This document shows, one piece after another, positions 50,964-63,260 of a DNA stretch of 64,000 nt. Numbering within the stretch: the stretch's first letter is position 1; every line of letters begins with the position of its first letter. Position numbers and translations under genes: made by a program. Source of the DNA: Lingula anatina. Taxonomy: Eukaryota > Animalia > Brachiopoda. Where the stretch lies: NCBI GenBank assembly GCA_051362555.1, contig CM120643.1, positions 24,618,848 through 24,682,847 on the forward strand, given 5' to 3'. A model generated the notes under the pieces. That model worked only from the letters and a program-made list of their open reading frames with translations. It ran no database searches and was not told the DNA's origin.

Positions 50964-51946
50964 TATTCATCTGTTCTGTCAGTTTCAATCCAAAAGGTAA
51001 AATGGTTTTCCACTTATCGTGTTATCGGTGCTGTATATATGCTGAAAAAAGTGAAAAAACAGCATAAATTCCCTAAAAATAACCCAATCATGCTGATTTT
51101 CGAACTTGACCTGCGTATTATAAATATTCATCAGTTCTGTAAGTTTCAAGCCAAAAGGTAAAACCGTTTTCCACTAATCGTGTTATCGGTAAAAGTGCAC
51201 GCCAACGGCAACGGCAACGGCGACGACAGACGCAGGTGACGGCTATATGTACAGACATATCTGTGTCTGTACATAAAAACATATTTAGAATACAGCCGTA
51301 TTCCTTGGCTTACCTTTCTTGTTGCTCGCTGTGTAAAATTCTTTTCCGACTTTCTTCTTTCGCGGTAGCTGTATATCTGCACCTTTGTTGGAATGTTGTG
51401 CCCACGTGATTGGGTTCGGGTTACTGATTGGTCCAATGCCTAGTGGTCTGGGTCATGACCCGGAGATAGTTAACGCATGCGCTGGGGCACGTAAGAAATT
51501 GATAGGAATGACTCCCGTATAACAATATATTGCGTTATAAAGGAAATTATAGTTTTACAATAATTTCTGTATTTATATAAAGAGATTTTCATTAGTTTGT
51601 GTGACACATTTTGATAAAAGTGAGAGCTTTAAACTGTAAACTTTCAAGGTGATCTTTCTAATGTATATCCCTAATCCAAATGTGTTGAGCACATTTAGTA
51701 TAATGGTATAATTGTATTGAAATAAAGAAAAAACAGAAAAAAAACAAAAATTCAGCTCTTCACAAGTTACTTTATTTACTATTCAAACACAAATCAAATA
51801 ATCAAAAGCATTTAATTATATTTGGTATCTTTAGATCAATTTTCATGAATAAATCAAAAACCAAAACTACATATGTAGCTTGGTCATTTAACTTTTTTTT
51901 CCTTTCTTTACTAATTTGCTGCTGAAAATTTAATGGAAATTGCCTG

Positions 51947-52096
51947 CAGGACCGTAGCCTGAGCAAAATGCCAGGGGGGGCAGTAAGCGGACTTGAGGGG
52001 GCGAAGCTACCGAGGGGGGGAGGGTGTGGTGTGTAAAATTCCAAATTCCAGGGGGGGGGCAACTGCCCCCCTGCCCCCCTGGAGGCTACGGCCCTG
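51947..52096. mobile_element. hAT-like MITE, 150 bp, 5 bp TSD
   Basis: TIR caggaccgtagcc / ggctacggccctg, GCCTG duplicated; empty site gaaattgcctgtg at about 8875-8887. Confidence 0.8.
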
Positions 52097-52406
52097 GCCT
52101 GTCTACATATATTTCATTTTTATTTGGCTATAACATGTACTCATTTAATGAAATATGTGTATCTTTGAATTAGTAATAGTAGCTACATTCTAGGAATAAC
52201 ACATTTAAATTCAACATAGGCTATTCCTAAGGTCATTATATCACAAATTAGCACAGTCAGGCCATTCGGTTCTCCTCTTAGTCACAGGTCATTTTTTCTA
52301 ATTTTTTGTCATTGTTAAGTAAAGACAACACAGGTACCGGTATGTCTCCTTGCTGTCATTGTAAAGTGCCAATATTACATATATGACCCATATTTTATGT
52401 TCTTCA

Positions 52407-54847
52407 CTATTTAGTACAGACAACACAGGCCAGTTCTCTTCCATCCACGTAAGGTGGACAGGGGAGAGAACCACACTTAGCTTCAGCAGTGTAGAAGAAG
52501 GCACCATATTTTTCTTCATGGCCACCAGCTACCAATTCAGGAGCTTCATCAAGGCAGACAAACTCTGTTCTCTGGAAAATATCATGATTTGATACCAGGT
52601 ATCCATTGTACTCTGTTGTCCACCCAGCTGGACATGTCTTCTTGGCTGGTATCATCACATGACTGGGGCGTGTTTGGGTGTAGCATACAGCACAGGGGGC
52701 ATCATGGTAACGAAAATTCTGACCTCCTGTATTGGATGTTGAAAATATGTTAGGCGTAACATATTGATATTCCACACCATGTATGTAAGAACCTAAATTT
52801 TGCCCTCCATCTTGGTATTTCCCCCACTCTGGTGTCTGTGGCAAACATAGGTAATTACTGCCTCCTCCAGTTTTGTCATGGTGGGTTCCAGCAGATATCC
52901 CTGATATAAAATTATAAAGGCCATTTTTAAAGATTTTACTCTTTAATCATAGATGTCAAATTCAAAATTATATATACAGGCACCATACAGGCTCACTACT
53001 TATCAATCAACCCTCGTGTGTATATATATATATATCGAGAATTATCTCGAGTTCGAGATATTATTATATATATAATATCATTATTAGATTGTACGCATAG
53101 AGATAATTCTCGAGGAATATGATAATGCTGCTTCAATAACGTTCATCCTAAAACACCCCTAAAACCGAATAAAGTGACCCTATATCACGCTCTAGAGATG
53201 TTATACGGAATAAACTCGTCCACGTGCGCTGGTCACCTCCCGCCAAATTCTTACGTAATAATGTCTGTCCAATTTGGTCAATTTTTGCTAAATACTTGTC
53301 GTGGACGTTCAACTGGCTTGAGAAGTATTTAATCAACCGTCAACACTGACCATGCACGTCTCAGCTGAGCCACACCTAGCTCGGACTGCTGCAGAAATAA
53401 GGTCCCAAGGCAAAACCTTTACTTTTTAGTGACATTTTTGTTAAAAAGGGAGCGTCGGACCGGAATATAGTCAAACTTATTTTTCACAAGTGCAAAGGAG
53501 AAAGAAATTTACTTTTTGGTGATATTTCTGACAACGAGGCAGTTTCGGAATTTATTTAAAATCGACGGATGTTTATAACAAGTTCACCAGAGTAATAATT
53601 CTAGTTTTTTTATTGTTATTTCTGACAACGAGGCGGTTACGGAATATAGTCAAAATCAAGCGGATGTTCATTTCAAGTCCACAGGAGTAATGGTTCTACG
53701 TTTTGGTGACATTTTTTTTTACTACGAGGCGGTTTCGGAATATACATGTGCTGGTTTTCAGACCATTCATGTGCTACATGTAATTACAAATTCAAAGGGG
53801 GAATGCATTTGATTTTTACCGTTATATCTGATAAAGAGGAAGAATGAACAGCTTAAAAACAAAAGGTAAATAACACAATCCTCGTTAAAATTTATAGATT
53901 TACAAATAATTTGTATGCATGTGTGGCTTAAATGTAAGCTATTCCCCGTTTTCACACCATACCCATATGATATGACTTGGTGTAATAAAATGATAAATAA
54001 TAATTGTTAAACGTGAAAAGTTTATGCTAATTTTTTAAGAGCGTGAGAGATTTTAAATTTGTCTACTGTCCACTATTCTCTTGATGCCAAGAAGATCATA
54101 TGTTCACTCTGCCTTTGGCTTTCAGCATTAAAAAGACCTCGACTGATTTAACCAAGATGTAGTCATGAAATTCTAGACTACATCGAGGTTAAATCCGAGT
54201 TTTCCGAGAGACGCTACGCAGAAATGTCGAGTGAAGCGAGACATTTTTGGGTAGCGGCTCGAGGTTGCCCTCGATCTTCACTGAAGCTTGCCTAGTAAAT
54301 GGACAGGCTTCAGTGATCATCATATCGCCACGGTCATATAACATCCCTAGGTATGTATGCAGGGACATCCTTTTTAAGCCCTTCTATTCCCTGACTATTT
54401 AAAGGTCTGTAGCCGAAGTTTGGTGTCATTTGGATAGTTTATGTCGACAAGGTAGCACTCTCAAATAAGCAAGGTAAGTGACTTTTGCAAAATGTCCCTG
54501 CTCACAAGTCTGTCATTGCCATGGCTGCAATCAATGAGTGTGGCTTTGAACTGATAGAACATCCACCTTATTCGCCTGATCTTGCTCCCTCTGACAATTA
54601 TCTATTTCCCAAATTGAAAAAGGCCATTTCAGGTACTCACTTTGTGGCAGATGATGACGTCATACGTGAAGTGGAGGGGTTTCTGAACGGCCAAGAGAAG
54701 GACTTCTATAAAAGTGGCATAGAGGCTCTTAAAACTCGCTGGCAAAGTGTATAGATACTCAAGGAGATTATGTTGAAAATTAAAGAAAAATACTTGTAAA
54801 ATGTGTACCCCTTCTATATGAGGCTCACTACTTATCAATCAGCACTC

Positions 54848-54924
<77 letters not shown>

Positions 54925-57900
54925 TTTTTCAAAAATTTGTATTATTATTATCATTTTACATTGTTATTATTATTTTGAATAGCACTTTACCTTTGTGCAA
55001 AAGTTTGGAATGTGTTGAACAAGTTGTTCTGCCCCAACGTATGTACACTGCCCCACCATGGTTGGTATTGGCTGGTAGGCCTGAAAACACATATTAAACC
55101 TAGAGAAACACATTGGACTGGTAAACACTGCCTCACAATGGCTAGTATTACTCATACACCAGATACCATATGAAAACTAACACTTAAAGAACAGACATCT
55201 TAATGATCAACTTACTAGTAATGTTGCACAAGTTTTATCCAGTTAATAGCTGTCTCTAAACTAAAAAAACTAAAACATTTAAAAAATGGATGAAAATTGA
55301 ATGCACTAATGAAGTCCTATCAATGCAATTAAAGTGTAGAACGTATTCCCTAATTAATAAAAAGAGATTCACGTATACTGTGCATAGGTAAAGCACCAGA
55401 CAAACCTGTAGGTGGCACCCCTTTCTGAACTCCATAATGACCATCAATTTTTAATTATAAAATATTAGTATCACGGATATTCAGAAAATGTGACTAGCAA
55501 AGGTCTTAAGACCCATGGAACTTCAAAGTCATGACTTGAAAATGCCAAAATGTAAACATGACAGCACTGTTCTGAAATGGGTTTATTTCCATTTTTAACA
55601 CTTTCTTAACATAAAACTAAATAAACATTTTACTGCCATTTTTATATGACCAACTGAGAAAATTGATGAGATTGGGAAAGTATCAATAGAACAGTGTTAA
55701 ATGTCCGATTTCCTCCATTCTGAGATTCTGAACATAGTGGATGATTGAATCTGACAAACTGCAATGATATGAGTGTATTTCCATTTTTGACACTATATTA
55801 CACAATACATAATAAAAAGTTCACCATCATTTTAACATAATCAACTAACAATGTTGTAAAGATGCAGAAAATATCAAACAAACACTTTTACATATCTTAT
55901 TAGTTCAATAATGAGACTGTTAACATGCCTAAAAATTGAATCTGAGGAAATGTGAAAAAAACAGTATAACTTCTAAAATAATGCCCCGATTATGCTGATT
56001 TTCAAACTCAACCTGCATTTTAGCAGGATTGACAACTCCTGTGAGTATAATGACAATTGGCCAATCTGTTTTTCTTATATTGTGTTATCTGTGTTGCATA
56101 TATATTGAAAAAAGTGAAAAAACAGCATAACTTCCCTAAAAATGGCCCGATCATGCTGATTTTCGAACTTGACCTGCATATTATGAATATTCATCAGTTT
56201 TGTAAGTTTCAAGCCAAAAAGTAAAATGGTTTTCCACTTATCGTGTTATCGGTGCTGCATATATGTTGAAAAAAGTGAAAAAACAGCATAACTTCCCTAA
56301 AAATGGCCCGATCATGCTGATTTTCTAACTTGACCTGCGTATTATAAATATTCATCAGTTCTGTAAATTTGAATACAAAATGTAAAACGCTATCCCACTT
56401 ATCGTGTTATCGCTGAGTGCACGGCGACGGCCACAGCGACGACAGACGCAGGTGACGGCTATATGTACAGGCACATCTGTGTCTGTACATAAAAACATTT
56501 TTCCACTTATCGTGTTATCGGTGCTGCATATATGCTGAAAAAAGTGAAAAAACAGCATAAATTCTCTAAAAGTGACCCGATCATGCTGATTTTCGAACTT
56601 GACCTGCATGTTATAAATATTCATCAGTTCTGTAAATTTGAATACAAAATGTAAAACGCTATCCCACTTATCGTGTTATCGCTGAGTGCACGGCGACGGC
56701 CACGGCCACGGCGACGACAGACGCAGGTGATGGCTATATGTACAGACACATCTGTGTCTGTACATAAAAACATTTTTCCACTTATCGTGTTATTGGTGCT
56801 GCATATATGCTGAAAAAAGTGAAAAAACAGCATAAATTCCCTAAAAGTGACCCGATGATGCTGATTTTCGAACTTGACCTGCGTATTATGAATATTCATC
56901 AGTTCTGTAAGTTTCAAGCCAAAAGGTAAAATGGTTTTTCCACTTATCATGTTATCAGTGCTGCACATATGCTGAAAAAGTGAAAAAACAGCATAAATTC
57001 CCTAAAAGTGACCCGATCATGTTGATTTTAGAACTTGACCTGCGTATTATGAATATTCATCAGTTCTGTAAGTTTCAAGCCAAAAGGTAAAATGGTTTTC
57101 CACTTATCGTGTTATCAGTGCTGCATATATGCTGAAAAAGTGAAAAAACAGCATAAATTCCCTAAAAGTGACCCAGTCATGCTGATTTTCGAACTTGACC
57201 TGCATATTATGAATATTCATCAGTTCTGTAAATTTGAATACAAAATGTATTTAACGGTATTCCACTTATCGTGTTATTGCTGAGTGCACGGCAACGGCGA
57301 CGGCGACGACAGACGCAGGTGACAGCTATATGTACAGACACATCTGTACATAAAAATGTCTGTACATAAAAATGTAAAGAGTAATTAAAGAGCATAGGAC
57401 ATTAGAGTTATTAGACAAACCTGTTGTAGTTGGCATGCCAATCTGAACTCCAAGTTGCCTCAGCATTTGTCTCAGGTTGTCTAAGGTTAGAGAAACTGAT
57501 TCCCCTTTTGGTCCCGGTGGTCCCTTAAAAAAACAATGTGTGAAACATACTTAGCCTATTAGCTTCTATTACATTAAGACTGGGTTCCCATGCTAGATCG
57601 ATCCATCTGGATTGGTCTAACTCCCTGGGAAGTCTCACTAAATTGCCGTCAACTAACTGGCTCAAATGTCTGTCACGCCTACAGAATCGGCTAGGGTGTA
57701 AATATAATTACCCCCCTAACAGCCTTAATAGGCGTGACAGACATTTAAGCTGGTTAAGTTGATAACAATTTAGTGAGGCTCCCCAGGGAGATAGATCGGT
57801 CCAAATATCTGTGGGATTGGTCCCTAATAAACCTACATTGTAGTATGGTTACTACTGATACAATATTATGTGCATCATTAGATAGATTAATTTCGCATAC

Positions 57901-59432
57901 TAATACAATTTGAACGTTTATCTTAGGATACTCTTTTTCTTAATCAAATGTGATATATTTTCATGATATTTGAAGGTTTGAACAAGATACAAAGGGTTAA
58001 AAGTTATCAGTACATAGTTTGTATGAATAACGGAGTTTGAATTATTATGTTTCCAATTTTTAACCTATGTCAAACGTGAGACATGGCTCTGAATTGTAAA
58101 GCTAGGGAATAACCTTACTTTTATTACTTTTAGAAAAAGGTTTTTGATATTCTGTTCACACAGATACATGTATCAAATAACTCATAGTATTACATGTATG
58201 TAGCAGATTATTCTAATGGCTTTATATCTGCATATAATCAACTTGTTTATAAATGCCATAAGTAAGAATCTCATTGCTTTATTATCAAGCATTTTTTGTA
58301 AAATTATTTTTTAGAATTATACATTTTTTTTCTTTGCAAAATTATGATATATGGATGCACATATTTCAATAGAAAAAGCTGTTTATTCTTAAATAACATC
58401 TTGTACATAATTATTTGTAAAGTAAGTCTGGAAAATTAAGTAAACCTGGAATCCATCCCTGCCATCTCTTCCTGGAGGTCCCTGGGGTCCTTGTACACAG
58501 ACTGAACTCGCCACTAAAATAAAGGACACAGATATAAGTTGATTTGAATAACTGGTTTTCAACAATGAGACTGATGCTGTAAGCTGCCCTAAACTATTAA
58601 GCATACTTTAAAGATATAAGACAGCCAAAAGGTACTGCTGAAATACTGCTAGGGGAATAACAGAATTAATAAACATTTGAATAAACATTTGAATGTATGC
58701 TTAGAAATTGGAGTTAATGCATCTTCACTCTTTTTTTATTAAATGTGGAACATATACTTTAAGTTGCTTTTTTTTATCATGTTTAGCAATATTCCTCAGG
58801 TTATATTGTGTAAACATGGTGTAAACAAGTCAACATATTAAGAACTATTACAAGTAATTTAGCTTACAGTTTCCTTGCTGCACTTGTCTCTTGGTAATGG
58901 AATGCTTTCCATAGTGAAACTTTGCTCTGTATTTTTCAGCAGCCATGGTGGTTTGCCCATCAAGCTTCACCTTGTCTTTCTGAATATCTGACTTATTTGA
59001 AAGTGAAAGAAAAATTAATCATAGTTTTAATTGGTCTACAGATATGTGATTTTTAGATCATGGGAATTGTAGAACTTAGATTGTTAATTATTGTGTTTGT
59101 TTTAACTATTCATTGACATTTAAGATAATTATTGGTACAAACCACAATCATGCCGAGAGACAATTAAAATTCAAAGCTCAAAATACCTTAAGTTGTTTGT
59201 TCTCCAGTCTGACTGCAGCAACCTCAGCCTCAAGTTTTTTCATTTTTTGTTCTTGTCTGTTTAGTTTTCTAACTAGATTTTTTATCTCTAGTTCTTGCCT
59301 GTCCACTCTTTCAACCAGTTTCATCAAAGCATCATTATTGACATCAGCATGATGTTGTAAAGTTGATGTTACTACTGTAATAACAGCAGCGTGTACAAAG
59401 AGAAATATTAACTTGGTCATGGTGTACACCAT
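52407..59432 (-). CDS. Paralogue F: short form, 6 exons, 374 aa; apparent chimera of two paralogues
   Basis: Exons 59432-59187, 58991-58868, 58513-58446, 57523-57421, 55080-54991, 52900-52407; 1125 nt, intact. An orphan 3' stub of a second exon 6 with a donor but no acceptor lies at 55434-55406. Confidence 0.82.
53030..54355. mobile_element. Unclassified CpG-rich insertion, about 1.3 kb, in the last intron of F
   Basis: Absent from all paralogous introns (which are 130-210 bp); internal repeats ttctgacaacgaggcggtttcggaat; no clear TIR or ORF. Confidence 0.5.
54360..54848 (+). mobile_element. Internally deleted mariner, second copy, 5' TIR displaced
   Basis: HPPYSPDLAPSDNYLFPKLK; right TIR ends at 54848 before (TA)n; same deletion junction as the 10827 copy; an isolated TIR lies at about 52989-53016. 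Confidence 0.9.
55433..57372. repeat. Second copy of the composite repeat with a 161 bp array
   Basis: 55433-56100 matches about 47294-47800 and 49598-49740 without the nested MITE; 161 bp units at about 56070-57280. Confidence 0.85.
57577..57825. mobile_element. Decayed palindromic MITE
   Basis: ctccctggg...ctcactaaattg...aaatgtctgtcacgccta inverted against taggcgtgacagacattt...caatttagtgag...ccagggag. Confidence 0.55.
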
Positions 59433-60065
59433 AGTAGGGATTATATATACAGTGGGTCTTTAACCTGGGTGTTTTACTCAGACTAGCAGTTGATATGATA
59501 ATTATTAATAGATGTATTTTGTTTATATAAAGAGATATAACTAGACCAAGCTGCAATTCATGTCACCTTCATATATGTTTGTTTGGCACAGTTTGATATG
59601 TAGCCAAGGTTATAAACTAGTTTTTGGTGTATCTCTCCAGTCTACATATGTTGTGCACATTCATGAAAATTATTTTTATCTCTTAGTTAAATTCAATTAA
59701 AATAACCAAAAATTATTGTACTTTATGGCTATTTTATATATTATACAGACACAAATGGGTATCAAAAGTACATTATGTTTTCTTTTATTCACTTTTCACA
59801 AAAAAACTTACAACCAAAACGAAGTCATTTGCCTTATTTATTAATAATTAATGTTAAAATCAATTAAGTTGATAAAATGCTATTGGTGTGAAGCACGTAC
59901 TGGATGTAAAGCAAAACATAAAACAAAAAAGCATATTTTAATGATTACCTATCACCATATTTCTTGGAAGTGCCACTTAAAATTCAACATGGGGAGTTTT
60001 TATGCATGTGTCAGTTTGTATGCAATTTGAAAAATCAAAACAGGTCAGTCATTATGTTACAATTA

Positions 60066-63000
60066 CTATTTAGTACAGACAACACAAGCCAGTTCTCTTC
60101 CATCCACATATGGTGGACAGGGGAGAGTTCCACATTTAACTTCAGCAGTATAGAACAAGGCACCGTTTTTGTCCTCATGACCACCAGCTACCACTTCTGG
60201 AGCTTCATCAAGGCAGACAAATTCTGTTCTATGGTTGCCGTAACTATCATGTTCTGATACCAGGTATCCATTGTACTCTGTTGTCCACCCAGCTGGACAT
60301 GTCTTCTTGGCTGGTATCATCACATGACTGGGGCGTGTTTGGGTGTAGCACACAGCACAGGGGGCATCATGGTCATAAAAATTCTGACCTCCTATATTGG
60401 ATGTTGAAAATATGTTAGACTTAACGTGTTCATATTCCACACCATGTATGTAAGAACCTAAATCTTGCCCTCCATCTTGGTATTTCCCCCACTCTGGTAT
60501 CTGTGGCAAACACAGGTAATTACTGCCTCCCCCAGCTTTGTTGTAGTAAGTTCCAGCAGATATCCCTGATATAAAAAGTTATGAAACCTTTTTAAAGATT
60601 TTAATCTGTAACCATAGGTGTCAAATTCAAAATGAAAAAAAAAATTATAGTCAAACATTTGTATTATTATTATCATTAACATTGTTATTATTATTTTGAA
60701 TGAATGGTTTAATAGAATCACACGTAAGAAAGATGTTCTTTTAGCACTTTACCTTTATACAAAAGTTTCGAGTGTGTTGAACAAGTTGTTCTGTCCCAAC
60801 GTGTGTAAACTGCCCCACCATGGCTGGTATTGGCTGGTAGACCTGACGATATACACTATTTATGAATTCAGCACTTGGAAATTGAGCATGCATTCACCCC
60901 AACCAAAGAATTAACAAAATTAAAAGGAAGAGATTCACATAGTTAAAACACCAGACAAACCTGTAGGTGGCACTCCTTTCTGAGCTCCAATTTGTCCCAG
61001 CATTTGTTTGAGGATATCCAATGTTAGAGATCCTGGGTCCCCTTTAGGTCCAGGTGACCCCTTAGAAAATTGAACAAAAATATTAAAACTGATATTTAAC
61101 AAAGGAACATACATTATTACATATTAAGTATAAACTGATGCATATTTAATCAAATTGCTTTATAGGTTGCATTATTCTCTAATTTTCAATCAAAATAAAT
61201 ATAATTTTTCAATCATAATTTTGAATTACAAAGCTATTGAATATATATATATATATATATCCGTATAGCCAAATGCTAAGTTTTACCTGCATTCCATCTC
61301 TGCCATCTTTTCCATCTCTCCCAGGTAATCCCTGTGGTCCCTGAACACTGCTCCTTGAGGAGTTGCCAACTGAAAAGTACATGTATATCTTGTGACAATA
61401 ATTCAGAGAGTTTTCTTTTAATTGCATATCACTTTGGGCAGTTACCTTACCATTCACAAGGCATCAGTCAGTGGTCACAACATCAGGCCAAACATAGCCC
61501 AGAGGTGACCTCATTCAAATCAATAATTGTATAGTTGGAAGTATTACAGGTAAATTGAGATTTGAATTAACATATTATTTTGCATCTGATACTTTACTGT
61601 TGCTACTAAGTGATTGTTCTTCATGATGTTTATTTGAAATAAAATTTTATTATTTAAAAAAAGGCATCAATTGATGAGACCTTAATTTATGTGAAAGCAA
61701 AGTGTTTTCTGCTTTAAGCTATAATAAAGAGAGCAGACCTACCGTTACCTTGTAGTGCTGACTGATATCCAAGCAGTCCAATGATTTGCTTGAGACTGTC
61801 TACTGTTAAACCTGGGTTCTATGGATTAATTTAAGATATTTGTAATAAAAAGCAATGAAGTGTTCAGATTTTGCCATTTCCCTCATTAAGAACAAAAAAG
61901 GGTAAAATTATTTGACATTTATTTTGTATTTTTTTTTTCACTATCAATTCCAACTCATGTATGTCACATGTCCATGGCTACATACTATAGAAGCAATTGT
62001 TACCTCCGCCAAGGAGGTTATGTTTTGACCCCTGTTTGTTTGTTTGTTTGTCTGTCTGTCATCAACATAACTCAAAAAGTTATGGACCGATTTTGATGAA
62101 ATTTTCAGGAACTGTCGGCCAAGGAACAGATGATTAGTTTATGGTGGTGATCTGGAGCAATAATCAATAATAATAATCAAAAATTGCTGCCTTGGCGGAA
62201 GTCTGCACTTTCAGATGCTTTTCTAGCATGTTGTATGATTATTACTACCAATAATTATTTGTTATGACATATGATTTTATTTTAGAAGGATAAATTATTT
62301 TAAAAGTAATTTATTGCAATTGAAGATGAGTTAAGTTACCCGAATTCCATCTCTACCATCTTTGCCATCCCTTCCATCCCTGCCATCTTTGCCCGGGGGT
62401 CCTTGCACACACCCTGAACCCACCACTAAAAAATATGACACAGATGCTCATTTTCAGCATGGGGACACATTTTAATGTTATCTGTCATGTAACTATTTAG
62501 GCTACATCGATAACAGTCATGGTCAGAAGAAATTGCTTAAATACGCCTAATAGTAATTATGTTGTGGAAACAACAGAAATAAGCATCTGATAAATAAATT
62601 GGGGTTTTATGATTCCCCATTATTAAATTTGGGGTATATACCTTTAATCCTGCAGTATTCTTATCAAGATTTATGATATTTGGTTTCTTAACATTTTTGA
62701 TTAAACAAAAAGGGTGCAAAAAGTCAATATAAGACTTTAACAAATAATATTATAACTTACAGTTTCCTTGCTGCACTTGTCTCTTGGTAATAGAATGGTG
62801 AAAGTTTGTTGCATTTCGCTCAGGAACAGTGATAGTTTGTGCATGAAGCTTCAACTTGATTTTCTGAATATCTGACTAATTTTTAAATTAAAAAAGTTTG
62901 ATTAGTCTTTTTACTATAGATATTTCAATATCAGTAAAGATTATAGAATGTGGGCTGTTAAAGATGTTAATTTTTTTATATTGATAGCAGTGAAGAGAGA

Positions 63001-63260
63001 CAAGGGATCGAACTATTGGAAAATTCACAATCATACAATTAGGCAGAATTTGAAGTACAAATTACCTTAAGTTGTTTGTTTTCCTGTTTTACTGCAGCAA
63101 CCTCCGCCTCCAACCTTTTCAGGAATGCTATCTCTCGTTCTTGCTTGTCCAGTCTTTCAACCAGTTTCATCAACACATCATTATTGACATCAGCATGATG
63201 TTGTAAAGTTGATGCAGAGACAGTAGCAACAAAAAGGGCAGAGAATACATGAAAATACAT
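60066..63260 (-). CDS. Paralogue G: long form, 8 exons, 412 aa
   Basis: Exons 63260-63066, 62875-62761, 62425-62340, 61818-61749, 61369-61287, 61060-60961, 60842-60753, 60565-60066; 1239 nt, intact; 2 aa insertion in a variable loop (EHDSYGNHR). Confidence 0.9.
62000..62226 (-). mobile_element. Helentron-type non-autonomous element (HINE / pearl-like), second copy
   Basis: ttacctccgccaaggaggttatgtttt...(tgtt)n(tgtc)n...cttggcggaag...ttttctag; absent from the homologous intron of A (about 6090). Confidence 0.78.

Larger units (their letters stand above)
44568..51290. repeat. Composite repeat region: 161 bp satellite-like units, a 337 bp array and nested MITEs (possibly Helentron/HINE-derived)
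   Basis: The 161 bp unit ttccacttatcgtgtt...gctgattttcgaacttgacctg...ccaaaaggtaaaa occurs at about 44568-44768, 47805-48275, 49705-49986 and 50964-51190, ending in cggcgacgacagacgcagg...tgtacagacacatctgtgtctgtaca hairpin motifs. Confidence 0.8.

Noticed and set aside
47734-57395. Repeated ORFs such as QVKFENQHDR...MLFFHFFQHIC
   Set aside because: Translations of the 161 bp repeat; frames shift between units and there is no splice structure.
3618-63260. Somatic V(D)J-like or DGR-like diversification of the head exons
   Set aside because: Each head has its own leader and stalk exons. I saw no recombination signal motifs by eye and no adenine-specific template/variable pair; the RTs present belong to ordinary LINE and BEL elements.
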